From: Octopus sinensis
Taxonomy: Eukaryota
Assembly: GCF_006345805.1 (NCBI RefSeq)
Contig: NW_021836131.1
Location: 62,001 to 126,000 of the forward strand
Reading direction: 5' to 3'
Length of the DNA: 64,000 bases
The translations under genes were made by a program, and so were the position numbers. Of this stretch, positions 14,449 through 26,362 are shown piece by piece; positions within the stretch are counted from its first letter, which is position 1; each line of letters begins with the position of its first letter. Under the pieces are notes generated by a model. That model was given only the letters and a program-made list of their open reading frames with translations. It made no database searches and had not been told where the DNA came from.

Positions 14449-15075
14449 TCATCGATATAAAAACGAGTCATAACAATTCCACTGACTAGGGGGTTCAGGG
14501 TACCCCAGGAAGTACGGACGGGGTATCGAGGGAAGCACTGGGGAAACCACGAACTGATGGTACTCGAATGATTCGGCTGGACGACTGGGGGCAGGGTAGA
14601 CAGGGTAGGTTGGGGGGACTGCCCCCTTCACCATTCGAGGCAACTCCCGTCGTCGGGCGTTGATGAACCTGAGTTGAGTGGGGCACAATACCAATTGTTC
14701 ACTTGCAGAATTGTCAGCTTTGTTTGCTCAGACAACTCGCGCTTCTCGTCCTCCGTCGGGTAGGGATGCTACGACCGTGGCAGCCAATACTCACCTCCAT
14801 GTGCACACACAGCCACGTCCTCAACTTGAGGATGACGTCCTTCGGAAACATTCCTCGCTTCTTTCGCGGTTTCCGAGTGTTGCTCACTGCAATAATAAGG
14901 CCACACATTTTCACATTCAAGGGAAGCCTCCGTTCCGTGCAATCTAAGGGGTTACTCACGTGCCATACTTGCTCGACTCGACTTGATTTGGAAACTGAAA
15001 AGATTAACTCATATCAGTGACATGTCAAAGCATAGCAATACCAACCTCCGAGTTGTTCTGCTCACGATTCGACAT
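14449..15075 (-). CDS. TALE-class homeobox gene (Meis/Pknox-like)
   Basis: Removing introns 14769-14794 (26 nt) and 14669-14691 (23 nt) gives [57 protein letters not shown]. The 5' exons and the start codon (15075) are tentative. Confidence 0.9.
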
Positions 15076-15852
15076 TTCGTGCCACAACTTGACGGCTATG
15101 ACTTATAAGTCGACAGGAGCCGACCGCGACCGAAATATTTTTGACACGCAACAAACCATTCAAGGACTCATTTTTTGCATGTGCAATAGTACAATCAATA
15201 GTCGTGATCACGCAGCCTTATTAATACGCGACCTTTCATTCACTAGTTTGACGTTAAGACCTTTGATCACTAATTGGTTTGACGGGGATTATCATTAACC
15301 ACCATTCCACGGCCAGGCTAACATCCGGCTTCCTATTGGTTGGATGCTCCTACCAGATACACACATCCACAAAACGAAGGCGGGTTAGTGCGGAGCTCCA
15401 ACTAGACTTAGAAAATTGCTTTCGTGAGAACAAGTCCTCCAGTTGTAGAATAAGAGCAATCGCTGTCAATAATAATTAGATCTGTTTTCTTGCAGGGAAT
15501 GTCACGTGACAGTCAGAAATTGACTAAATTTTAACCCAGAATACTGGAGGAAGGAGATAAAGAAATAAAAATATTTGGAGAATGAGAAAGATGGTTTGAT
15601 TCAGGGAATAAGTTATTCACGAATATTTGTTGGCTTGGAGATAAATCCAGAAAGTCAGCAACAAATGTCCTCGAGAACAGTTTGGCGATCCGTCAGGCCG
15701 CTGGCCCTCCCATCGATTAATATTTTAACACTTTTTACAACACCAATAAATTTAATACAATGTTAGATCCTTATCAAACTTTAGAGGGAGTAGGTTATCT
15801 GTGTGTACTTGTATGTGCAGGAGTAATGTATTCAAGTGCACATAAAACTATC

Positions 15853-16032
15853 ATGAATAGAAAATCTAGAATTTCAATGACACAAGAAAAATTTGAGACA
15901 ATAAATAGATTTTATCTAGAGAAAACTACAAAATAACTATCCAATATAACTTTACTACATGAATCCACAATAAATAAAACAATCAAAAAAATTCAAAATT
16001 GTCAAGACGAAGCTTCATATGTGGAATTGTTT
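15853..16032 (+). mobile_element. 5' stub of an IS630/Tc1-like transposase, truncated at the end of duplication copy 1
   Basis: MNRKSRISMTQEKFETINRF... is collinear with 41150-41328, where the transposase continues. Confidence 0.7.
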
Positions 16033-16789
16033 AGTATAGATATTATTTTGTGACAAAATTTTAGAACAAATAAATTTGTGTGTGGACAATACCGAATGAT
16101 ACAACCAACCATAATCAAAAAATCATAGATAACAGCAATCGCCATAAAAAGGGAAATAAATTTTGATAGCACAATTCTTGTGTATCATATAATTCATAAG
16201 AAATGATAAATACAAGAAAAAACAATTTTACTTTTCAAGAAAACACTTTCGAAAAGACTGGGACTTGTTGCATTTAACAGTGACGAATATTCTATCCACT
16301 CCTCCAATACCTTTGTAGTAAAATTTAATATTGCATTAAAGAAACTGGTGTTGTGATTAAACGTATATAATCGGTGGGATTCATTGCATGGTATAAAAAA
16401 CTTGTCTTTGTGGGAAAAGAACAGTTAACATTATGCTTTGTGTGATAACACGGACGGACATGTCACCAAGTGCCACAATTATGACCCTCTCAATTAAAAT
16501 TTTGATTAAATGTGTTTGAGAAAACCGCTGAACTATACCTTCTTTATGGTATTCACTTTACGTTATTATTATTATTATTGAATTAGAAAACCACCGTCAT
16601 AGCCAAAAGAAAGAAGAATTCAGGTGATCCCAGCCTCCCTCAGCAGTTCGCGCAGCCTCTCCCGATGTTCCGCCGTTGTCCCGACGCATTTTCGGTACGG
16701 ACGGGGATTTTCATTTCGGGAATTTTTTTTCCAATTTTAAGGCTTTCCCCAGTAAAAAGGTTTTTCATTAAATTCAGCATGACAAGTTG

Positions 16790-18333
16790 CATTGTAAATT
16801 AACAATGCTATTTTCCGTCTTTTCTCCCTCATTTCTTCGTTAAATCGAGATAACCAATTTTCAAAAATATTTGTTGTCATCCAGGCTTTGCACGAAGCAT
16901 CATATTCAATCCCAATTTATTTCAGATTCACACCTTTTAATACTCTTGGTGACTTCGTACGCCCAATTATAAGCGGTTTATATTTTTCTCATGTGTAACT
17001 GCAACACAAAAGAAGTGTCATACGTTCTTTTCTTATTTTATGTCCGCTGTGTGAGAAACCTAGAGCTAGGATTCCTTCCCTTTTCTTTTTTAGTCGGCAT
17101 AGCATTCCTTTAGAGATATTAAATCTTTCACTAATCATTTTATCCTTATGACCCGACTGTATATCCTTGCAAATTCTGATTTTTTCACTTTGATTTAGTT
17201 TTTTAGGCATTCGTTTTTTAAAATTTATAAAATAACTTTAAAAATCGATAATTTCAATTTTTTACCAGGTTAATTAATTAACTAACAAAGTTACCAGGTT
17301 AAATAATTTTTTTTGATTGATCTATATCAGCGGTTCTCAACCTTTTTTAGACTGGGGACCACTTTTGCACTATAAAATTTTGTGGGGACCACCTTAAATA
17401 AAATAAACATTTTTTGGTATTAGCGCACAATTTTTGGCCTCGTCAGGGCCAAGTTTAGACATGTTCGAATATTTATTATAAAAATAACATGAACATTATG
17501 AAAATAACAGAAAATTTAATAGTAATTTAGTGAGATTTCTGATCTTGTTTGCTCAGAATAATTTTACTTATATCAGGCTCTATGTTCGACAAAGCTACTC
17601 GCATATCATCTTGTACCCGTAGTCTATTTCTATATTTTGTTTTTAGAAAAGTCAGACACGACATCGCCATTTCACAGTGGTAAGTAGTGGGGAATGCAAG
17701 TATTGATTCCAATGCAGTTTTACTCAAAATGGGGAATTCTTTCGCTATCTGACACCTAACAATAAAAGTAATTATTAATGAGAATACCAAAAATCTAATA
17801 ATGAAGTACATTTGAAAATAATCTGAGCAGACTGATTACATTGAAGTTCAATCAAGCTCTGCTGAAAATTGAGTTCCTGATATTCTTTAAATGAGGTCAC
17901 GATTCTTGTTAACCATAACTAGAATGATAAACCACGCTAATCAAATCAGATTAATTTCAATGTTTTTGATTTATACTTAATTGTACAATTAGTTTTAACT
18001 TTAATATATTTTTATTTTTCGAAAATTCCTGGGGACCACTAAAAATTTTCTGGGGACCACGGTTGAGAACCGCTGATCTATATTAATATATTTCAAATCA
18101 AATTTTAAAATTATTAATTACAAATTTGGAAAAACAGGTTACAATGAATAAATCATAATAAATTAAAAATTATAAAAATATTTTAATGAATCGTTTATGA
18201 TAATATAAAATTTTTGTCATTAAAAATTATCGTATTTTATAGGGATGGAAAAAATATTCTCCTAAAAGCAAAGTTTTCTCCAAAAAAGAGGATTTCTCCG
18301 CTACTTGGTTTTCCCCAATTCGAGGTCGCACTG
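16790..18333 (-). mobile_element. pogo/Tigger-like element, deleted, carrying a nested hAT
   Basis: Terminus TA-CAGTGCGACCTCG on the minus strand at 18333. HTH ORF 16989-17210. DDE_1-like KAWMTTNIFENWL..KIALL..NATCH at 16790-16960. The second TIR was not found. Confidence 0.7.
17328..18075 (-). mobile_element. Non-autonomous hAT (Buster family), 748 bp
   Basis: 15-bp TIRs CAGCGGTTCTCAACC. 8-bp TSD ATCTATAT with TA at positions 4-5 (Buster pattern). Subterminal TGGGGACCAC repeats. Retains only the C-terminal dimerisation region (FPTTYHCEMAMS..KTKYRNRL). Confidence 0.95.
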
Positions 18334-19129
18334 TACATTCTTGCGATAGCTTTTAGGAAATAATTTAGAAGAGCTCGGCTGTCATCAATGGCCATCTCAC
18401 AATTGTATCGTCCATTTAATTATCTTGCGGTTTTTTCCATTTTTTTGCAACAAATCATACATACATTAACGCAGTTAAACTAGCACACAAGAATAACTGT
18501 CTATAACGCATAACTTTATGACTGTTTTTTAACTCAAAGATTAAACAATCAAAGATAAAAGCTAATTTAGTTAGATAACCTTCTCTTATGAATTTTGATT
18601 AAAACACAATCATCTCTTCCTTATCTATCACAGCGGCAACAATTACTGCTCGCCTATTCCCAATAAATCTCCAAACGTCATCCATAAGTGTGGCTGGTGT
18701 TTTTGAAGTTAAGGAAGTTTTTACATTTGCATTTTCCCACACCTTATAGAACAACAATTCACCATTTTCCTGTATTTTTACAAAATTCGCAGCTAATCAC
18801 TCTCTGAAAAGAACAAGCTTCTGTTCTGGAAAAAGCAGTAAAGTGTTTCAACCTTGCAAAATTATCTCCGCATAAAGTTAATAAGACGATTTTGATAACT
18901 TAACAAAAATTATTCCAGGTTTTTGTTTATCAAAATAGATTGCGATAACTAAAATTATGTCTGTCACAATAATTCGAGTGGTTTTTGGACTACTTTTAAC
19001 ATAATTAACATAACTAACTCATATATTGAGGAAAATTAATCATTTTGATAATTATACTTCAAATTTCCGAATCTTATTGTATTTTGTTAAAATTGTAATC
19101 TAGCCATCATGTATTTCTAAATTTTAAGT

Positions 19130-19830
19130 TAGCGGGACCTTCTTGGTTGTATTAAAAACCAAAAAAAGGAGTCTTTCTGGCCCCAAAAACTAAAAAAATA
19201 CTTTATCGATCATAGTGCTTAACCGCATACAAGAGCACGTGGAAAAATATTTTTCCCGAAGTCAAAGTAGGTTCAGAAATGAAAGTTCTGCGTAAGATGT
19301 TATATGAAGTCACATATGGGTTATTTAATATGTTTTATTATTGATTATATGTTTATATATTTCGAAACGGCTCTTAGAGAACTGAGTGACGAGATTGGCC
19401 CAAATACGAAGTTACTCTATGCAGATGATATATATACTTTGTATCTACTGTCAAGGAAATACTTGATAAAATTCTACTCAAAACCAAAATCATTTGCGAA
19501 TAAATATTTCGCAAACTGACTATACAAAAATCGAACAGACTAACTCAAGAAATGATGAATGCTGGAGGCACATAAAAAACTCAGTTCATTATGAGATAAT
19601 GCTAAGAATATTTGTCGAGTAAAATGCTGGCCAACATAAAATTAAAAAAATAGAATACGTAAAAATCGAATGAAAATTGCTGACAAAAAAGGATCTAGAC
19701 AATATTCGAATTACGGCCAGAAACAAAGCGGCGTGGGCAAAGATGCCAGGTATGATGGCCAAAATGCATGGTTCAAGAGAAACCTTTTTTGGACTACTCA
19801 AAATACGCTTAACTAACTTACTAACTGACT
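19130..19830 (+). mobile_element. Highly degenerate RTE-like RT fragment
   Basis: FETALREL..LLYADD in ORF 19304-19519 resembles the RT core at 11482-11883. Many stops and frameshifts. Confidence 0.55.
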
Positions 19831-19974
19831 AATAAAAGAATTTGATAAACCATAGAATAAACCTTTAAGTCGTTGTTTAATGCTTAATTAATCGAGACTC
19901 AATAATGTTTGAAAATATTCGATTTGATATTTAATGAAAGATTTCCTTGACGGCCAGTATATTTTAAAAAACTT

Positions 19975-20702
19975 AAATAGAAACACTAATTTATGTAAAT
20001 AAAAAAAATTTCAATATCTTTCTATGTTGTTGGCATATTAATTATCAAATAATTTATTTACCAATTGAGAATTTGCGGTTTGTTTTAATTAGTTTTAATC
20101 TGTTTTAATTGAAACACAAAAAATAAAAAAATTAAGATATTGACAAATCAATTTAGCTCACTAACATTTAACACACTCAGTTATTTTAAAAAATCTAACA
20201 AGTTTTTAAAAATATTAAGAAGGATTAAAAAGATTTTTTGATTAAAAATATATAATTTTATTAAAAGAATAGAGATAAAAGATTTTCTTAACACCCAGTA
20301 TATTTTAAAAACTCAAATAGAAACACATTTATTAAAAAAAGAAACTAATTAACTAAGTAATTTTACTAACTAAGTCTAGAGCCTTCGAAGTCAGCAAAAC
20401 AAATAGAAACACTAATTTATGTACATAAAAAAATTTCAATATCTTCTATGTTGTTGGCATATTAATTATCAAATAATTTATTTACCAATTAAGAATTTGC
20501 GGTTTATTTTAATTAGTTTTAATCTGTTTTAATTGAAACACAATGAGTAAAAAAATAAGATATTGACAAATCATTTTAGCTCACTAACATTTAACACACG
20601 CAGTTAATTTAAAAAATCTAACAAGTTTTTAAAAATATTAAGAAGAATTAAAAAGATTTTTTGATTAAAAATATATAATTTTATTAAAGAATAGAGATAA
20701 AA
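19975..20702. repeat. About 300-bp AT-rich direct repeat (19975-20280 and 20401-20702)
   Basis: Near-identical blocks from aaatagaaacactaatttatg to aatagagataaaa, period about 426. A partial third start lies at about 20296. Confidence 0.9.
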
Positions 20703-23289
20703 GCGAATATAGGGTAATGATAAAATCATGTAGAATCACGTCGATCTCGGTTTCTAGAAATAACTGACAATATTTACAGATAACTATAAAAATCACGTGG
20801 AGTAAATGAAACAAAAAATCTTCCTGAAATGAAATTATATTCACGTATTTCCAATAAAATAGTTAACAAAATATTTTACTCGATAATTATTATCTTGTTG
20901 AGAAGAGTTTGTATGTCTTTCAAAGTCCTGAATATTAAATTAACAACCGAAAATACCCAAGGAGGTTTGACCATTTATTTATAAATTCAGGATAATATAC
21001 GCATTAGTCACTATTTATATATGAACGATATAAATTACGGAATAGCGTTATTCTCGTCTTTATGGTATGGAATTTTTGCGAGAATTAATAATTGTGACCG
21101 GTTGACAATGAAACCGTTAAGAAAATGAAAATTTGTGAATAATTTAGAATTCTTAAAATCACTAATCATTTAAAAGATGAGAATTAATTGATTGTTTTTT
21201 TCATTAAAAAATTAGTGACGGCTCGTTTAAGATCGTCACCAGTTTTTAGTCGGCCGCCAATTCTCGAGTAATCATTACTCGAGCAGATGGGAAACATTGA
21301 GAATTAATAATTGATTAAAAATGATTTATATTTATTTGTAAATTTATTTTTTGTAAAAATTAAAATAAAATTTTTAGTGCATGCTTTGTATACCTAGTTG
21401 TCCACTTTTTGTATTGTTACATTAAATGACCAATGATTATAATATTTTTTGATATTTAATGATATAATTTACTACGACGATATGATGGTCTTATATTACT
21501 GCCTATTTATTTGACCGTGGTTCCTCGGTCTGCTGAGATAGGCAACATTATTAGAGTGGTTTCTACTCGGTTTGCAAACAGCTTTCCGAATTTCACCCAC
21601 TAACAATATATATGATATAGTGGACTCTACTAGAGAACCTCTCTCTAGAAATGGTGTCGAAAATGTCAGTAAATGATCTTTTCCTTGCTTATCCTTTAAA
21701 AATATATATGATTCTTTTAATGAAGCGATTAATGGATGAGTAAGGAGTCCTGAGGGTATAAAAGGACAAGAGGAGAGATGAAATGTTGCATACATTTTAC
21801 ACACTTTAAAATAACTTTCATTTTATTGATTCTGAAACATCGATAATATTCTTGACGATATTTTGTTAGAACAACAAGATTGACTACTATGATAACCTAG
21901 ATCTTAGCTATTTACGAAATGAAGCAGGAAACGCAATAAAAAGTAAGAAATATTTTTTGAAAATATAAAAATGCTATGTGGTTTGTTTTTATTTCTTACA
22001 AAATGTGAAAAGATATTTCACTTGAAAGGTTTAATTAGTCAAAGACCCATGATATTTGTTTTTTCTTTTACACTGAAAATCGAATATCACCAAGTTACCG
22101 CTGGTGATTAAATACCGAGTCTTTCTATAGTCGTTTAAAGTTCAATTGATTGTATTTAAAAATCTTATTTACACCTCATCAATTACATTTTGCGCAACTT
22201 GATGATTTGTTGGTTTTGGAAGAGAAGTTTTATAAACATCATTAAGATAACAGTATTCTTCCAATGTGCTGGGTATATGGGAAAGATACTGGGAGTGGTT
22301 GTATAATGGTATTGAAGCATTTAAGAGTATCAGACCTAGGTATTTAGTTTACATCAAGAAATTATTATTTCGAGTTACTAGGCATCTAATGCAGAACACA
22401 TATTGGTGTTGTTAACCATTATGTTTTTCTTAAATATCGTCTTTATTCCCTTTCCACTTGATATTAATTTACTAATTCATGGAATACTATTAATCTCGAT
22501 TTATCTAAGAATTGAAGATATCCGATATTTATTATTTTTATCAAAAAATAAAAAGAGTTAGTCTACCTGGGATAAGGACAATCAGTCAACTTATTAATAG
22601 GGAAAATGTAAACTTTTTTTTATTTAAAATGTAAACTGTTATTTATTTTTATAAAAATAGCATGATGGAAACTCCAGGCTTATTCAGTAAATATTCTGAG
22701 TAAAATCATAGAAATATGGAGTCCGCAAGCCATTTTTCTGCTGCTCCACCGGGCACCTGATGTAGTGGGCTGATCCCAGACAAGTGACACAAATCATTTC
22801 CATTTGTTTAATTAAAGAATACGAACAGTTGATTTAATTAACTGAGAATTATTTATTAAAATATAAATACGAACTGAAATTGTTTTATTTTTGGACTGAA
22901 TGCAGTTGGAAATTTCAAGAAATAAGCAAAAAAGCAATAATTTCTTTATTACGACTATCGAATACATATCTCTGCAAGGTTGGTTTTTTGTTATATTCCT
23001 CAACGAAAATAAAGTACAGGAATAAGCTTGAAGCTTCTCCGGACAAAAGATTACAACTATACACATTGACCCTGGATATAAAAGGTCTATGTAATCTAAC
23101 AAAACAGTTACACATGTCACATTAATTTAATTTTGTTACCTGAATAAAAAAGGTCAAAAATAAGATATTATTAAAAAAATATGGTGCTTCAAATTTTTAG
23201 AAATCAATTTTGAATCTCCAAACATCATTTTTTAAACTGCATATATAAACAAGAATAAACGTTTTTCGGAAAAAAGATTAACTTATTGC

Positions 23290-23659
23290 TGATGCCACGT
23301 GCCAACTTCCTTTCAGTTTCCAGAAGCCGTCAGCTTGTCCGAGAGGTTCTACTCCCCTTCAATGAACTTTCTCTGGATTTACTAACTTACAAAAATTCTG
23401 GACCGCCGCCAAACTGCCAACCCCCTCTGAGATGTGTAGACAGAGGGACTGGGACGAAATCTGGGCAGCACACTCCGTTTCCATGCTACAGCCCCTACTG
23501 GACCAAAACCGCCTGGCGTGCTTGCGTTTCGCAGCCCACAAACACAGTGGCTCCTGGCTCGACGCCTATCCGTCGGCATTGTTAAATGACGCGACTCTCC
23601 CGATTGGAGTTGCTCTCTGCCTGGGTCTTGACATCTGCACGCCCCATCGGTGTCGATGA
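23290..23659 (+). mobile_element. CRE-like retrotransposon fragment (region upstream of the zinc finger/REL)
   Basis: GC-rich patch. HSGSWLDAYP..GVALCLGLDIC.PHRC matches the CRE SG.WL..P / RLG / C.C pattern. Confidence 0.65.
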
Positions 23660-23761
23660 GGAGGTATAGTCACTATACCATGTCACATGTCACATGTCAA
23701 TTATCAACTGAAACCTGACATTTTTGTGTATAAAAAGGGAAAAAAAGAATAAATTTAATCA

Positions 23762-23850
23762 AAGTGGGGATTAACTCACCAGATAGTTTAAAGCAAGTTG
23801 AAGTGGAAAAATTTCACAAATACGACCTGCTTGCAAACAAACTGTCGATC
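23762..23850 (+). mobile_element. Short R4/NeSL-like REL remnant
   Basis: Manual translation VGINSPDSLKQVEVEKFHKYDLLANKL is homologous to the element at 43569-44154. Confidence 0.65.
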
Positions 23851-24930
23851 CTCTATTAAGCAAAAGTAATTTAGGTATATTCTAGGTATATCGATCCTCT
23901 AGGTATATTTATACCATTATTCATATTTAGCACATTTGGATCTAATTATAGAATTTTCGGTACTTTGACGTCAAAAGGGTAAGTAGTAGTGTTGACGATT
24001 CGAGCATTAGTTTTGAAGCTCCAAACAGCATCTTCTAAACCGCATATAAACAAGAATAAACGTTTTCTGGGAAATAAGTGCCATGTATGGACAAATAAAA
24101 ATATCCTTTTTAACAAATATCAGATAAATGTCAGAACGACGTTTGAAATTTGAAATCAAAAATACGAGCATTATTTTTCTCGACGAATCAGGATTTTCAG
24201 TTCTAACAGTAGTAGTTAAGTAACAGCGCTACTGTGAAGAGAGAAGCACGTATGTATCTGAGCCTTCACTTGCGCCAGTCACACAAAATAAAGGGAGAAC
24301 AAAAAGTGCGAAAAAGACAGAGCAAAAACTGCAGCTTGGGGAGTGCCTCAGAGACGATAAATAGTATATTTAAAAAATGAACCGTACTGAAAATACATTT
24401 TGTCACAAATTTTTGTCAGAAATATTTAGGATAAAACGTGTTAAAATTATTGAAAATTAGTAATTTTCAACTCAGGGGTGTAAAAAATTCTTTCTTCTTA
24501 GTTCAACCTGACTGACAATAAGGATTTCAGAATGCGTCTGGATTAAAGATGCAGGGTCGTTGATGAAAAGATCCCTGAATCTATCTTAGCTAAGTCTACT
24601 GGCAATGTCGTTAATGATGGTTTGCCTTCAAACGTAAGTTTAAGGTCTAAGTAAATCACATTCTAGTTTTTTGGAAGTTGCTTCCAGGTTACATTGATCC
24701 TCTCGGCATAAGATAACAATAAAAAGTGAAACGCTACATCTTGAGTAAGTCTCGTCCTGTAGCGTCAGATAGTTTGCTGTTCTCTAACTAATTTAGTGAC
24801 TGAGGCTGAACTGGTTCTTTTTCAACAGCTTATCAGAGTAAATCTGACTTTTTTACATATATCTTCTCAAGTCTGAGATTTTTAAGGTATTTATATAGAT
24901 CATAAAAAATAAGACAATGTAAATAAACTA

Positions 24931-25768
24931 CAGTGCACGACAAAAGTAACCGGACAAGGCAAAATTTCCATTATTTTAAGTCATTTTAAAACTTTTTTTC
25001 ACATAAATCACCCTTTGTACATTAATTTACACGAAAAACAATTTTTTACATTTTTAATTTAATCTTTTTTTCAATTGTACATTAAATTTAAAGCATAAAT
25101 AATTACGAGGTGCGACAAAAGAAACCGGACAGTTAAAAATAATCAAAAATTAGTATTTAGAATTGCCTCCTTTGGCATTATACACTGCGTAGCTTCTATC
25201 CTTCATTGATAAAATTAGTTTTTGTATGAACTCTATCGGGATTGATCTCCAAATTTGGATAATTTCCTCTTTTAGGTCATTGTGACATGTTGGGGTTTTT
25301 TCATCTATTTTTCTTTTCATATATGCCCAGACGTGCTCAATGGGATTGAGATCAGGTGACTTGGCGGGCCATGAAAGAACTTTGATTTGATTTTCGTTGA
25401 AATATTCCGTCACAATTTTTGCTTTGTGGCAGGGAGCATTGTCCTGTTGGAATGTGAAATCCGTTAAATTCATTTTTGCTGCAGATTCCATCAGGTTATT
25501 TGTCAACAAATTTACATATTGTCCACTGTTTAACGTACCATCAAAAAAAACTAAATTCCCCACTCCGTTGTATGAGATACATCCCCAAACCATTGTTTTA
25601 CATTTTCCATGTTTTACAGTTGGCAAGATATATCTAAATAAATTAAAAAAGTAAATATATTATTTAATGAATATTTTAATTAATAAGAAGCTATTTTTTT
25701 AAAAAAGCATTAAAATTGGCTAAAATAATGGAAATTTCGGCTTGTCCGGTTACTTTTGTCGTGCTCTG
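24931..25768 (-). mobile_element. Tc1 deletion derivative (838 bp) retaining the 3' half of a DD34E transposase
   Basis: TA-flanked TIRs CAG(T/A)GCACGACAAAAGTAACCGGACAAG, with an inner direct repeat at about 25113-25132. ORF 25150-25626 has FQQDNAPCH and SPDLNPIE. Confidence 0.93.
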
Positions 25769-25959
25769 TATTTGAAAGAGACAACAAGAGTCTTCAATTA
25801 AGAGTTAATCTGGAATAAAGTTCTAGTGCAAAATTTCAATTTTTTGGTTGATCCATACTTTTTAAAAATGCATCAAATTTTTTATTTAAAAATTTTGAAA
25901 AATTGTGACAAATTTCAGAATTAGCAAATTTCCATTAAAACTGAAATTTTTTAACAAAA

Positions 25960-26260
25960 GGCGAATTTAAAGATCAATGAATTTAAGAATTGCACGATTG
26001 CGTCTAACAATTCGTCGAATGCGTTGTCCAAATGGCTCACTTGCCTTCTCCATAAAAATTCTACAAATTAAATCTGAATATTTAATACCTGCAAAGTATT
26101 CACCCATATAGTGGCGTGCGGTTCCTCTTTGTCTCTTATTGCGCCATTTTGCGTTCCCCCACATTCTATATTTTTGTATATAATTTTTGCTACACGAACC
26201 TCTCAACAGTCTGGGTATGTGCACCGGTCTTCGGGTCTACAAAATTTCGTCTGCAAATTT
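25960..26260 (-). mobile_element. Merlin (IS1595-like) transposase C-terminal remnant
   Basis: Manual translation RRNFVDPKTGAHTQTVER followed by GTARHYMGEY fits the Merlin NFVDP.TG.HTQ.IE motif. Confidence 0.75.
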
Positions 26261-26362
26261 ATAAATGAATTATAATAAACTTGTGATTAACTGTAAGGTG
26301 CACATAACCAAGAGCATTTAGATCTGGGGTTGAATAACCTATTAGTAAGAATAAAATAATTA

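Noticed and set aside
14678-15766. Several plus-strand ORFs of 60-105 aa conserved in both copies
   Set aside because: They are antisense shadows of the GC-rich TALE gene and its upstream region. Conservation reflects the recent duplication.
16620-16700. GC-rich 80-bp patch translating as TTAEHRERLRELLREAGIT (Gypsy RT-like)
   Set aside because: Too short, with no flanking support.
23208-24073. About 65-bp imperfect direct repeats flanking the CRE/REL fragments, and a 7-bp hairpin at about 23664
   Set aside because: No TSD, TG...CA ends or PBS. It is probably an old local duplication.
24500-24880. Possible Penelope-like or LINE RT remnant on the minus strand
   Set aside because: Too degenerate to assign by eye.
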